From positions 1 to 64,000 of the IMG/VR virus record IMGVR_UViG_3300010344_001170: a DNA stretch of 64,000 nucleotides. One strand, written 5' to 3'. The position numbers were made by a program, and so were the translations under genes. Positions 1 through 9,587 of this stretch are shown piece by piece (position 1 is the first letter of the stretch; each line of letters opens with the position of its first letter). The notes beneath the pieces are model-generated. The model was not told the DNA's origin. It saw only the letters and a program-made list of their open reading frames with translations, and did no database searches. This stretch comes from a virus. Its lineage: Duplodnaviria; Caudoviricetes.

Positions 1-60
1 GTCGTAGAAATGTTTTATATTTACTGAGTAATTCAATTAATAACTTAACACACACATACA

Positions 61-666
61 ATGGCTAAGACAAATTTATTCGAAACCGCAAAAGCAAACA
101 GCACGAAAAAAGCAGTTGAAAAACACGAAATCGTAAATCGTCCGGACCTTGCTGAATCAGTAAGCAAAATGACCGAACTTAACGAGAAAATAGCTGCCCT
201 TGAAGCTGAAAGAGAAATCCTCGATTCACAGCTTCGCGAAGCTGGAAAGGAAGCAATGATCGATCTTTATAATTCAAAGAAAAGCTTCCCTGGTACCCTC
301 AAGATTGTTGCCGGAAACGGAACATTCATGTTCATCACCTCAGACAGGTATAAGAAAATTGATGAGGAACAGTTCAACGAGCTTGCCAAGACTTATGGTA
401 AGGACCTGGTTGAAGAATCAACAGTTTTTTCTTTCAACACCGCTATCCTTATGAAGCATATGGAACACATTTCCGACCTGCTTATGGGAAGCAAGAAACT
501 CTCTGATGAGGAAAAAGCCGCCCTTCTTACCAGCGAAACTTCTTACACAGTGAAGAAAGGTGTTATCAAATCTCTTTTCTCTTTCAAAGGTGTGAAGAAA
601 GTTGACACAATCGTTGAAGACATACAGCCGGTATTCTCCATCAAATCAGTACAGAAAGAATCGTAA
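61..666 (+). CDS. hypothetical early protein (201 aa)
   Basis: Long ORF with CA-rich leader, followed by an intrinsic terminator; no family recognised. Confidence 0.85.
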   Translation: MAKTNLFETAKANSTKKAVEKHEIVNRPDLAESVSKMTELNEKIAALEAEREILDSQLREAGKEAMIDLYNSKKSFPGTLKIVAGNGTFMFITSDRYKKIDEEQFNELAKTYGKDLVEESTVFSFNTAILMKHMEHISDLLMGSKKLSDEEKAALLTSETSYTVKKGVIKSLFSFKGVKKVDTIVEDIQPVFSIKSVQKES

Positions 667-694
667 GTTGTTTTCCATATGTATTGTGAAGTTT

Positions 695-722
695 AGGGTT
701 CCAGAAATGGAACCCTTTTTAT
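695..722 (+). terminator. intrinsic terminator
   Basis: AGGGTTCCA-GAAA-TGGAACCCT followed by a T run, just after the ORF stop. Confidence 0.85.
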
Positions 723-765
723 TTAAAAAAGTTTTAAAAAATTTTCCCATATCAAATATTTTTAT

Positions 766-773
766 TATATTAG
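766..773 (+). promoter_or_regulatory. host-type (Bacteroidota sigmaA-like -7 box) promoter
   Basis: TATATTAG in TTTTTATTATATTAGCACTA, nearly identical to the minus-strand copy at 32060-32079; resembles the TAnnTTTG consensus. Confidence 0.6.
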
Positions 774-796
774 CACTATAATTAAAACACACACCA

Positions 797-1060
797 ATGA
801 GTAGGACAAAGGAATTTTACCACGACGTAATCAACGCACACCCGGTTGAAGACCTTGTTGATGATGCATACTTCTTTGAAAGATGGAAAGAGCAGCAGGC
901 TAAAATGACTGCTTCACGTCTTCAGGAAGAATGGGAAAATGGTCAGGAATTCATGCAGGAATTTAACGAAGCTTGCGAACAACTTGATCATGAGTATAAT
1001 GGTATTCAGCGTGATATTGAAGAAAGTGAACTTCCATCATTTATGCACCCAAGACTATGA
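797..1060 (+). CDS. hypothetical protein
   Basis: ORF after promoter and ACACACAC leader; ATGA overlap with next gene. Confidence 0.8.
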   Translation: MSRTKEFYHDVINAHPVEDLVDDAYFFERWKEQQAKMTASRLQEEWENGQEFMQEFNEACEQLDHEYNGIQRDIEESELPSFMHPRL

Positions 1061-1470
1061 AAAGGAATTTATATGTTTGCAATTATAAGGCTCAAAAAGA
1101 ATTAGACGAGATAGACTTCGATCTTTATGAGTCATTATTTCCGAGATGGAGTGAAAATGATGAAGAACATCCAGAGCAAATCACAGTTTTTCCGAATGAT
1201 GAACCATTGTATTGGGTTGGTGAATCTCATCCAATACACATTGAAGAGGTCATTAAAGTCCTTAATGACATGAAGGAAAAAGGATGCAATTATGTCGAAA
1301 TCATGTATCACACTGATCATATAGGTTATGTTTTTACCGGTTTAGATGTTCATATAGCTTCTGAAAAAGAAATAGCTAAACATGAAGAAGACTCTAAAAA
1401 TAAACGTAATGCGGAAATCAATAGGCGTATTGCTCAGTTGGAAGCTGAAATTCAAAAATTAAAGAAATGA
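1057..1470 (+). CDS. hypothetical protein
   Basis: ORF with ATGA overlaps at both ends. Confidence 0.8.
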   Translation: MKRNLYVCNYKAQKELDEIDFDLYESLFPRWSENDEEHPEQITVFPNDEPLYWVGESHPIHIEEVIKVLNDMKEKGCNYVEIMYHTDHIGYVFTGLDVHIASEKEIAKHEEDSKNKRNAEINRRIAQLEAEIQKLKK

Positions 1471-2093
1471 GTTATACATCTTATAAATACATTTACCCGC
1501 CCAGACCTGAGAACATGATACATCCTTCAGGATTGACAAAGTTTGAAGATGGTACATTTTTGGGCCAACCAAAACTCAATGGTAGCTCTATGCAAGTTTA
1601 CACTGACGGCAAACAAGTAGTTATAATGAATCGTCATAAAAAACCACTTGCCCATAAAATGGATTTAAACGAACTTAAAGCCCTTCATCGTGGAAAAGGC
1701 TGGATAGTTCTTTGCGGGGAATACATGAATAAGAGCCAGGCCGACGAAAACAACGAGGCATGGAATCATAAATTCGTTATATTTGACATCTTAGTTTATG
1801 AAGGGGAGCATCTTCTCAAAACAACTTTTGAAGAAAGATATGAGCTTCTTCGTAAATTATACCCCGACAATCCTGTTAAAAAACACCTTCACCAAATATC
1901 TGAAAATTGTTTTCGTGTAAACTCAGTTAGGTATGGTTTTACAAATATCTTTCATGACATTACACGCTATCAGATGTATGAAGGATTTGTTTTGAAATTG
2001 GGTAGTGGAAAATTGGAAAATGGAACAACAGAAAAGAATAATGTTAAGACACAAATAAAGTGTCGCAAAGCAACTAAGAATTACGCATTTTAA
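1467..2093 (+). CDS. minimal ATP-dependent ligase / nucleotidyltransferase (adenylation domain only)
   Basis: Motif I QPKLNG, III CGE, IIIa FVIFDIL, IV EGFVLK, V KCRK at the C-terminus; no OB domain. Confidence 0.75.
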   Translation: MSYTSYKYIYPPRPENMIHPSGLTKFEDGTFLGQPKLNGSSMQVYTDGKQVVIMNRHKKPLAHKMDLNELKALHRGKGWIVLCGEYMNKSQADENNEAWNHKFVIFDILVYEGEHLLKTTFEERYELLRKLYPDNPVKKHLHQISENCFRVNSVRYGFTNIFHDITRYQMYEGFVLKLGSGKLENGTTEKNNVKTQIKCRKATKNYAF

Positions 2094-2102
2094 ACTACAC
2101 AC

Positions 2103-2333
2103 ATGACAACAAAATTTACAAATGCTGATAGGCACAGATACTACGGACTCCGAATTGGAGACTTAGTACAAATAAAGACAGGTGTTTTTTCCAAACCAAA
2201 AAATGCTGAAGTAATTGATTATGGATTGTTGGACAACAATCGAGTCATATTAAAACTTGACGATGGAACTGAAACCTCTTGGGTTGCTGAATGGTGTGAA
2301 ATAGTTGAAAAAGTTGAAGATCGTGTACAATGA
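2103..2333 (+). CDS. small SH3/KOW-like beta protein
   Basis: GLRIGDLVQIK...AEVID...VILKLDDGTET pattern. Confidence 0.6.
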   Translation: MTTKFTNADRHRYYGLRIGDLVQIKTGVFSKPKNAEVIDYGLLDNNRVILKLDDGTETSWVAEWCEIVEKVEDRVQ

Positions 2334-2728
2334 TAAAGCTTGTAAACATAGAGATGAACGGGATTAAATACGAGAATTACATCCTTATTGAAAATATTCA
2401 TGATTTGAATGAATATTACGAAGAGTTTCGCAAGCCTCAAGTTTACCGTGCGTTTGATGGAGTAAGAAATCCAAGAGAAGAAACAAGGCTTTCCAATTTT
2501 ATGATAAGTGATTCTAAAGTAAAATATGGAACTGAAGCCATGGCTATTGGAAATTTCATCAGACTACTTGGAAATGTTTACACTGATCAACTAAGAAACT
2601 TATTAGATGGAAATCTATTAGTGTTAAATTACATAGGTGGTTATTTTCCAATAAGAAAAAAAGATCAATATAAAATTGAACCAGTCATTCCAAAAGCACA
2701 TAAAATTCTTAAACCAAAATTTTTTTAA
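2330..2728 (+). CDS. hypothetical protein
   Basis: ORF in tight operon. Confidence 0.75.
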   Translation: MIKLVNIEMNGIKYENYILIENIHDLNEYYEEFRKPQVYRAFDGVRNPREETRLSNFMISDSKVKYGTEAMAIGNFIRLLGNVYTDQLRNLLDGNLLVLNYIGGYFPIRKKDQYKIEPVIPKAHKILKPKFF

Positions 2729-2730
2729 TC

Positions 2731-2985
2731 ATGGGCAAAAAAGATAAAAAAAAGATTTACGTGGCACCGGTATTTGTTCGTCCGTATCATCGTATAATGA
2801 TTTCAAGAAAAATCCTGGGATTTTGGCTTGAATTTCCAATGGTCGACCGAATGGATAACGATCCTGAAGAATTCTTTAACCAGACAAGAGATCATTATTC
2901 TCGTCAGTGGGGAGCCAAAAATGTTCGGCTGAGACTCTATTGGCAGGATGATCTGTACAACGGAGAAGGTAAACGATTAAAATAA
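2731..2985 (+). CDS. hypothetical protein
   Basis: ORF in tight operon. Confidence 0.7.
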   Translation: MGKKDKKKIYVAPVFVRPYHRIMISRKILGFWLEFPMVDRMDNDPEEFFNQTRDHYSRQWGAKNVRLRLYWQDDLYNGEGKRLK

Positions 2986-2990
2986 AAACC

Positions 2991-3359
2991 ATGAAAATTC
3001 CAATTGAAGAATATCAAATAACAATGCTTAATCAGGTTCAAGGAAAATTTCTTCTTAACGGAGATCGTATCTTTAAAGTGGTTAGCTTTAAAGTCGAAGA
3101 AACTTCAAGAGGCTTTTACTTAACCGAGATGATCATGACTGCATATCATGATGAAGGCCGTTTTATTGGTACTTTCAAAGAATCTACATGTGAAGAGTTT
3201 ATCAAGAACAAAACCAATTTTTATACATGGAGAAACAATTGGGAAAACTTCAAATTACAACTAAAAGCATATAATTTAAAGATTATTCCGATAGCGGCTC
3301 CGCAAAATCAAATAGGTCAAAATAACCGCAATGAAAACCAAACAGCAAGTCATGAGTAA
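2991..3359 (+). CDS. hypothetical protein
   Basis: ORF in tight operon. Confidence 0.7.
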   Translation: MKIPIEEYQITMLNQVQGKFLLNGDRIFKVVSFKVEETSRGFYLTEMIMTAYHDEGRFIGTFKESTCEEFIKNKTNFYTWRNNWENFKLQLKAYNLKIIPIAAPQNQIGQNNRNENQTASHE

Positions 3360-3495
3360 AAAGGAAAAGCAACAACTTAAAGATGAAATGATTGTTTTGG
3401 AAAAGCTGCTACTACTCCGAACACTCGATAATGGCCATAAGCTTTTTAAAAAAATCAAAACTGATGATGTGGAATTTATAATATCCAAAAATTGA
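3331..3495 (+). CDS. small hypothetical protein (not in ORF track; start 3331 or 3352)
   Basis: MKTKQQVMSKKEKQQLKDEMIVLEKLLLLRTLD...SKN*; fills the gap, and its TGA overlaps the TTG start of the next gene. Confidence 0.55.
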   Translation: MKTKQQVMSKKEKQQLKDEMIVLEKLLLLRTLDNGHKLFKKIKTDDVEFIISKN

Positions 3496-4064
3496 CATCT
3501 ATTACAGACATATTGAAGCCCAAATCCAAAGATGAATTAACTGATGCTGTTAAATCCATGCATCCATTTCAATTTGTTAATAAATTTCGAAAATGTGATG
3601 TGAAAGGAATGAAATTAGGATTTAAAAAGAGAATCGTATATTTCTTTGCCGTATATTATATTAAATATTTCTCAAAAATTTATTGGCCTATATGGGGAAC
3701 TTGGATTGTTTTGATGATAGGTACTTGGATATGGAAAGACATAGCGATATTAAATTTTATTGAAGATTTTTTTAATTGGATTATTATAGGTTCATTGTTA
3801 CCCACAATGATTTCAGGAATATTAAATATTTATATAGTTCGTTGGAATGAAAAACATGATAGGCAATCTCAGGCAAATCAAATTAATGACATTGTCAATC
3901 ATATTCAGGAACAAATTGAACACAGATTATTAATCGAACAAGAAAGACAAAGAGTTCAAGATCAGGCTGATGAAATACGTAGACAAATAGAACAACACGA
4001 AAGAGAATTACGTTTACGGCAACAGCAATTAGATTTATTAAGAGGAAATTTAAGAAATCTATAA
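3492..4064 (+). CDS. LKPK-motif membrane/coiled-coil protein
   Basis: N-terminus TDILKPKSKDEL; two hydrophobic segments; Q/R/E coiled-coil tail. Confidence 0.75.
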   Translation: MTSITDILKPKSKDELTDAVKSMHPFQFVNKFRKCDVKGMKLGFKKRIVYFFAVYYIKYFSKIYWPIWGTWIVLMIGTWIWKDIAILNFIEDFFNWIIIGSLLPTMISGILNIYIVRWNEKHDRQSQANQINDIVNHIQEQIEHRLLIEQERQRVQDQADEIRRQIEQHERELRLRQQQLDLLRGNLRNL

Positions 4065-4092
4065 AAACTTTATATCTTGGTTCATATAAAAT
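4064..4092 (+). promoter_or_regulatory. putative middle promoter AAAACY-N15-YATAVAA
   Basis: AAAACT-15nt-TATAAAAT upstream of the DNA polymerase gene. Confidence 0.55.
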
Positions 4093-4105
4093 ATATTAAA
4101 AAATT

Positions 4106-5293
4106 ATGTCGCCATTTAAATTCGAACTGGCCAAGATAGATCCGTATGAATGTTCAATTGAAGAACTTGAAAAAGAAATTTCTAGATTAAAAGCTTTAAA
4201 GGAAGAATACTTCAATCTTGAACAATCTATTAAGATTTTTATTAACTCTGTTTACGGAGCGTGTGCATCACCGTTTTTTGTTGGATATAATATACACGTT
4301 GCTGAAGCAGTAACTCTTCAGGGACAAGATTTAATAAAATATGCCAATAGAGTTTTGGATGATTATTTTATAAATCAATGGCATAAAGATACAGAACTTC
4401 ATCAAAAATTAGGATTAACATACGTGAATCCAATTCAAGAAAAAACTTTAGTTGTTTATAATGATACAGATTCAACGTATGTAACATTTGATCCGTTACT
4501 TAAATCATGTGATGCCCCAACGGATAGAGATGGTATCATTGATTTTATTCTTAAATTAAAAGAATTAAGATTAAATGATTATCTTGGAACAAAATTTGAT
4601 GAATACGCTAAAGAACGAAATACAAAAGACCTTCAAAATCTAGAACTCGAAAAGATTTCATATAGTGCCTTAATGTTGGCCAAAAAGAAGTATATTCTTG
4701 ACATAGCTTGGAAGGACCCAGGAGTTCGCTATGACCCCCAAAAGAAAGTTACGCCAACAGGTGTAGAAATTGTTCAAGGTTCCACTCCAAAATTTGCCAG
4801 AAAGGTATTAAAAGACATGCTTAATGTTCTTTTTGAAAAAGGAAAATCATTAGAATATGGGCAAGTCGTTAAAAAGCTAAAGGAATATAAAGAACAATTT
4901 CTTCTTCAAGACCCAGATGATATTTCTAAAACGATGTCGATAGGTGATTATGAGAAATACGTTTTAGAAGATCGTAAAGAATTAAAGATTGGTGATAAAT
5001 GCCCAATTAATGTTAGAGCAGCTGCTTTATATAATCATACATTGTTTAATACAAAATGGAAGAGCAAATATAATTTGATAAAAACCGGTGATAAAATAAA
5101 ATTCTATTATTCAAAAGGAGAAAATGATATTTTTGGATTTTTACCAGGAGATTATCCATATGAATTTGCACCAGCTGTAGATTATGATCGTCAGTTTGAA
5201 AAAATTATTGTAGAACCGTTTAACAGATTCATTGAACCATTAGGATTTAATCCAATACCAGGAAACTTAATATATGCCAAAAGCTTATTCTAA
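4106..5293 (+). CDS. family B DNA polymerase, C-terminal half (gp43B-like)
   Basis: Motif B KIFINSVYG, motif C YNDTDS, KKKY, thumb; lacks the exonuclease domain and motif A. Confidence 0.9.
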   Translation: MSPFKFELAKIDPYECSIEELEKEISRLKALKEEYFNLEQSIKIFINSVYGACASPFFVGYNIHVAEAVTLQGQDLIKYANRVLDDYFINQWHKDTELHQKLGLTYVNPIQEKTLVVYNDTDSTYVTFDPLLKSCDAPTDRDGIIDFILKLKELRLNDYLGTKFDEYAKERNTKDLQNLELEKISYSALMLAKKKYILDIAWKDPGVRYDPQKKVTPTGVEIVQGSTPKFARKVLKDMLNVLFEKGKSLEYGQVVKKLKEYKEQFLLQDPDDISKTMSIGDYEKYVLEDRKELKIGDKCPINVRAAALYNHTLFNTKWKSKYNLIKTGDKIKFYYSKGENDIFGFLPGDYPYEFAPAVDYDRQFEKIIVEPFNRFIEPLGFNPIPGNLIYAKSLF

Positions 5294-5504
5294 TATAAAT
5301 CCATCTGTAGTACAAAGAATGTGGGAAACTAAACATGAATTAGATTTTGTTAGAACCCAAATTAATAAACTTACATCTTGGAATGGAACCGATACGGAAG
5401 AAGTTTTTGAAGTTGTTGACGACATTCATAGATTGCAGAAACTTGAACAAGAATTAGTTTCATATAGAATGACAATAAGACCTTGGAATTACGCATATGT
5501 CTAA
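5274..5504 (+). CDS. hypothetical protein
   Basis: ORF in operon. Confidence 0.7.
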   Translation: MPKAYSNINPSVVQRMWETKHELDFVRTQINKLTSWNGTDTEEVFEVVDDIHRLQKLEQELVSYRMTIRPWNYAYV

Positions 5505-5892
5505 GATTGACAACATATTAAAACCAAAAACAAAATCACAAATAGAGCATTCAATTTGTGAAGAATACGGCATTGAAGTTTCTTCAAAAAAAGAAATCAA
5601 AAAGGTGATGAATTTATTAAAAATGTTAGAGATAATTCATACCGATGTAGAAGATAAAGTTACATGTTCTAGTTTTTCGTTTGAAGAAGTGCCTAGAGAA
5701 GATGTTCAAGTTGAAGTTCATCATTCATTTGAAATAGATGGCGAGAATTATCAATTTGAAATCGAAGGAATAAGAGAGATAAAAACAATATTACATAGTC
5801 ATACGATCCATTTAATACACCCAATATGGGATTGGAACGAAATTTATAAACAAATAATTGAAGAAATGGTTTTAAGGGCAGACGTTCAATAG
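5497..5892 (+). CDS. LKPK-motif hypothetical protein
   Basis: N-terminus IDNILKPKTKSQI. Confidence 0.75.
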   Translation: MSKIDNILKPKTKSQIEHSICEEYGIEVSSKKEIKKVMNLLKMLEIIHTDVEDKVTCSSFSFEEVPREDVQVEVHHSFEIDGENYQFEIEGIREIKTILHSHTIHLIHPIWDWNEIYKQIIEEMVLRADVQ

Positions 5893-6158
5893 CAGTAGAA
5901 ACGAGAAGAGGACCTGGGGATTTTGTAATAGGAAACAAAAAAACTATAAAAAGAATTTCGAAACACCTTACAGGCTTTTTAACACACATTAAAATTATTG
6001 AAGACAATATGTTTTCAAATGATGTACTTTTGATTGGAAGAAAAACACAAATGATGGATAGAGGTCTTCATTTAGTTAAAAATAAGAGATTTTATAATAT
6101 ACATGATGCTGGTGATTTAAATAAGTTTTATATTTGTCTAAATTTATTTGATAAATGA
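5862..6158 (+). other. open frame without canonical 5' start (possible ATA start at 5889 or -1 extension of the upstream gene)
   Basis: 98 sense codons filling the gap exactly; its TGA overlaps the ATG of 6155. Confidence 0.4.
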
Positions 6159-6361
6159 CACCATGTTATTTTACATTGAACAAAGAAGGAATTTTTATTT
6201 TTCATACAAGTAGTGAAAAAATATGTAAACTATGGGAATTTAAACAAGAAATGAATTTACTTGCCCACATTCCCATAAATGATTGGAGAGATTTTCGAAA
6301 AATTGGAGATAGAATCGCAATTTTGGAAACAGAAGCAATAAAAATGTTAGAAAATGAGTAA
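6155..6361 (+). CDS. hypothetical protein
   Basis: ORF in operon. Confidence 0.65.
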   Translation: MTPCYFTLNKEGIFIFHTSSEKICKLWEFKQEMNLLAHIPINDWRDFRKIGDRIAILETEAIKMLENE

Positions 6362-7112
6362 CTTAGAAGGAAAAGATCAAACAAAAGATATTTTGTCAAA
6401 GATAACACCAGATATTCAGGCTGAAATGGAATCTATTTGGTTTACTGCAGACATACATCATGGTCATCCAAAGATTATCGATATATGTAATCGCCCTGTA
6501 TTTTTGGATGAAAAAGTAATTGCAGCTTTTGCTGTTGAAGATAGAAACCTCAAGAATAAAATCTATAAAGAACTTCTTGATAAAGCCCATAACGAATGGT
6601 TAATAAAAGAAGTCATTAACAAATGGGTTAAAAAGAGAGATACCATATTTTTTATTGGTGATCTTTCAATGGCTAAAAGAGATGAAGCCGAAAAATTCGT
6701 CGATCGTTTAAATGGAAATAAATTTTTAATAGAAGGAAACCACGATAAAAATATACTTCATAGTTCCACACGTTTCTCTCAAATCACCCAAATAAAGGAC
6801 TTTACTTTTTCAAGGGATGGTCTAAACATTCATATAGTGTTATGTCACTATCCCTTTGTATCATGGAATAGAAAGCCTCATGGTTCTTGGCATGTTCATG
6901 GATTACCTTGGAATCTTTATGGACATGTTCATGGAAGATTTAGAAATGATGGTCTTTCTTTTGACGTAGGAATTGATAACCCAGAGTTGCTAACTTTTAC
7001 TGGCGGGGTTCATCGACCATTAAACCTTTTTGAAATTGTTAAAATCATGGAAGAAAGACGTAAATGGATTGAAGATGAAATGTCCAGGGCAGAACAAGGA
7101 ATTTGTGCTTGA
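6354..7112 (+). CDS. calcineurin-like metallophosphoesterase
   Basis: ADIHHGH, IGDLS, GNHD, HYP, GHVH motifs. Confidence 0.9.
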   Translation: MSNLEGKDQTKDILSKITPDIQAEMESIWFTADIHHGHPKIIDICNRPVFLDEKVIAAFAVEDRNLKNKIYKELLDKAHNEWLIKEVINKWVKKRDTIFFIGDLSMAKRDEAEKFVDRLNGNKFLIEGNHDKNILHSSTRFSQITQIKDFTFSRDGLNIHIVLCHYPFVSWNRKPHGSWHVHGLPWNLYGHVHGRFRNDGLSFDVGIDNPELLTFTGGVHRPLNLFEIVKIMEERRKWIEDEMSRAEQGICA

Positions 7113-7127
7113 ATAAATAAAATAAAA
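7111..7127 (+). promoter_or_regulatory. putative late promoter
   Basis: GAATAAATAAAATAAAA, recurring upstream of leader-bearing and structural genes. Confidence 0.55.
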
Positions 7128-7135
7128 TACTTAAT

Positions 7136-7498
7136 ATGGCCTCAATAGACAATGTTTTAAAACCAAAATCACAAGAAGAAATCGATGATCTTGAAAGAAG
7201 AGGATTTCGTAAAGATGGTGGTAAATGGAAATTTAGAATAGATATTTCTCCATTAATTAAAGCATTTGAAGAAGATGATGATACAGAAGCTTTTAAACAA
7301 GGAATTGTAGATTTACTTCAAGAAAAATTTGAAGATATTGGAATTTATGCTGGAGATGATGAACAATCGAATTTCCAAAATATCATTGATGAATTCCAAA
7401 TGCTAGATCCAAGTCCAGATCCTGATGAAGTTGATCATGTTATGGAAATGCTTTATGACTGGGCTGATCAAAATGATGTATGGATTGATTCCTTCTAA
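7136..7498 (+). CDS. LKPK-motif acidic protein
   Basis: N-terminus IDNVLKPKSQEEI. Confidence 0.8.
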   Translation: MASIDNVLKPKSQEEIDDLERRGFRKDGGKWKFRIDISPLIKAFEEDDDTEAFKQGIVDLLQEKFEDIGIYAGDDEQSNFQNIIDEFQMLDPSPDPDEVDHVMEMLYDWADQNDVWIDSF

Positions 7499-7512
7499 AA
7501 TAATTCTTTTTA

Positions 7513-7812
7513 ATGAAGAAATTTGTTCACGAATCTTTAACAGATGTTTTAAAACCTAAACCTAAAGAAGAACTAGCCGATATTACTACCTCAGTAATAA
7601 ATCGAGCTAATAACGAATTTCAATCTATTGAGTATAGTATTAAAGATTTAAAAAAGTCTAAACGCAACATACCTCAAGAAGTGTGGTTAGGAGATTATCA
7701 ACAAACATACGACAGACTATTAGCGGCATTTTATGATTTACCTGATTATTTCCAACCTCAATTTGTAGATATATTTGATGATTTGCATGTTAAACTTTCT
7801 CGATTAATATGA
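7513..7812 (+). CDS. VxES/LKPK leader protein
   Basis: MKKFVHESLTDVLKPKPKEEL. Confidence 0.8.
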   Translation: MKKFVHESLTDVLKPKPKEELADITTSVINRANNEFQSIEYSIKDLKKSKRNIPQEVWLGDYQQTYDRLLAAFYDLPDYFQPQFVDIFDDLHVKLSRLI

Positions 7813-8066
7813 ATAAAGTTTTTTGCTATATTTTTAAATTTATCTTGATAATTTTCCTTGCAGGATTTCTTTATCATTTATCATTATTGTTTATTCATAC
7901 TTTTTCTCAATTATTTGTCGCAGCCACATTTGAACATAGCATAATTGAGCATATAGTATCTGTTGCTGTAACTTTCATTTTATTAGTAATATGCATTAAA
8001 TTTTGTAATGCAAGATCCAAAACTTGCGGTGAAAAACAGCATAATATTAATAAAATTAGAGAATAA
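7809..8066 (+). CDS. small two-TM membrane protein
   Basis: Two hydrophobic helices, basic tail. Confidence 0.65.
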   Translation: MNKVFCYIFKFILIIFLAGFLYHLSLLFIHTFSQLFVAATFEHSIIEHIVSVAVTFILLVICIKFCNARSKTCGEKQHNINKIRE

Positions 8067-9337
8067 TGGCAAAGAAAAAAGAAGAAACAACGTCATTTTC
8101 AAAGTTAAATGATCTTTTAAACAAAATTGCCCCTGATGGAGAAATAATCGACATCAATCCTATAGGCAAAATCGATGAGTGGATTCCCACTGGTTGGTAT
8201 ATTTTAAATGCAGCTTTAAGTGGTTCTTTGTTTGGTGGTATGCCAAATAGAAGATCACTTGGTCTTGCGGGAGAAGAAGGAACCGGAAAAACTTATCTAG
8301 CTCTGAGTATTTTTAGAAATGCCCAGAATATGGAAAAACCCTATGATATAATTTATTTTGATTCAGAAGGTTCTATTGATAGGGACTTTGTATCTCGTTT
8401 AGGTGTTGATACAAGTAGATTTCGTTTACAACCTGTAAACACTATCGAAGAAGTAAATCATATTTCATCTAAGATTATCGAATCCATTGAAGATGCAATT
8501 AAGGCAGGCCAAGAACCTCCAAAAATTGCTATAGGTTTGGATTCATTAGGAAACCTTTCCTCCGTAAAAGAATTGCAAGATTCTGTAGACGCTAGTGATA
8601 AAAGAGATATGACTAAACAACAACAAGTTCGTAAGTTGTTTAGGGTGAATGGAATGAAATTTGCTAAATATGGAATTCCATTTATTGTCAATGCACATGT
8701 GTATGAAAAAATTGGTTCATATATTCCTGGAAAAGAAGTTTCAGGAGGTGGCGGATTAAAATATAATGTGTCAATAATGTTCATGCTTACTAAGAAAAAA
8801 TTAGATGACAAAGAAGCAGAACAGAAAGCAAAAGATAAAAATATTGAAGCGGTTAGAGTTGGTGTAACTATCGTGATTACACCTATCAAACAAAGATTTG
8901 CAAGACCAATTAAAATAGAAATTCATATTCCATTTTATAAGAAACCAAATCCATTTGTAGGTTTAGAAAAATTTACATCATGGGATTCTTGTGGTATAAT
9001 GAGAGGAAAAGCATTAACTGAAAAGTTATATGAAAAACTAACTGATGCTGAAAAGAAATCATGCCGTGAATTTGAAGGTCCTAATGGTGAAAAAATGTAT
9101 GCACAACCAAAGGACACAGCAAGAACTCTTGTATGCAAACATCTAAAAGGAGAAACGGCTTTAACAGATTTATTTACAGATAAAGTATTCACACAGGAAG
9201 TTCTACATGAATTAGACGAAAAAGTAATTAAACCTATTTTCATGCTTCCATCAATAGATTCTTTAGAAGACTTAGCAGAGTTAGAAGAAGATATGAATAT
9301 TGGTGATGAAACCCCTGAACTTAATGAAGAAGATTAA
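8066..9337 (+). CDS. uvsX: RecA/UvsX-like recombinase
   Basis: IPTG..ILNAALSG, Walker A GEEGTGKT, FDSEG, DSLGNL, GGGGLKY. Confidence 0.92.
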   Translation: MAKKKEETTSFSKLNDLLNKIAPDGEIIDINPIGKIDEWIPTGWYILNAALSGSLFGGMPNRRSLGLAGEEGTGKTYLALSIFRNAQNMEKPYDIIYFDSEGSIDRDFVSRLGVDTSRFRLQPVNTIEEVNHISSKIIESIEDAIKAGQEPPKIAIGLDSLGNLSSVKELQDSVDASDKRDMTKQQQVRKLFRVNGMKFAKYGIPFIVNAHVYEKIGSYIPGKEVSGGGGLKYNVSIMFMLTKKKLDDKEAEQKAKDKNIEAVRVGVTIVITPIKQRFARPIKIEIHIPFYKKPNPFVGLEKFTSWDSCGIMRGKALTEKLYEKLTDAEKKSCREFEGPNGEKMYAQPKDTARTLVCKHLKGETALTDLFTDKVFTQEVLHELDEKVIKPIFMLPSIDSLEDLAELEEDMNIGDETPELNEED

Positions 9338-9587
9338 TAAGAAACAAATCAAGATAAAAAATCTTCTTGGTATTGTTGACAACCCCACTCTTGAAGATCT
9401 TCTATTTGAGATAGTTACATTTTTAGAAGACGAGGGAAGAACCGAATTTAAAAAATGGGATGTAGCCATGAAGACAAGGTGTCGCATTGGATCCTCTGTT
9501 GAAGAGGATCTTAATGCCCTTGTCGATAAGGGATATATTTCCCATAATAAATATACGATGTATACTTTATTGAAACATCCATGGTAA
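9300..9587 (+). CDS. small hypothetical protein, possible winged helix
   Basis: VEEDLNALVDKGYI wing-like pattern; start uncertain. Confidence 0.55.
   Translation: MVMKPLNLMKKINKKQIKIKNLLGIVDNPTLEDLLFEIVTFLEDEGRTEFKKWDVAMKTRCRIGSSVEEDLNALVDKGYISHNKYTMYTLLKHPW

Noticed and set aside
2700-2728. KILKPKFF at the C-terminus of 2330..2728 as another tag copy
   Set aside because: C-terminal position and no SxEE continuation; probably chance.
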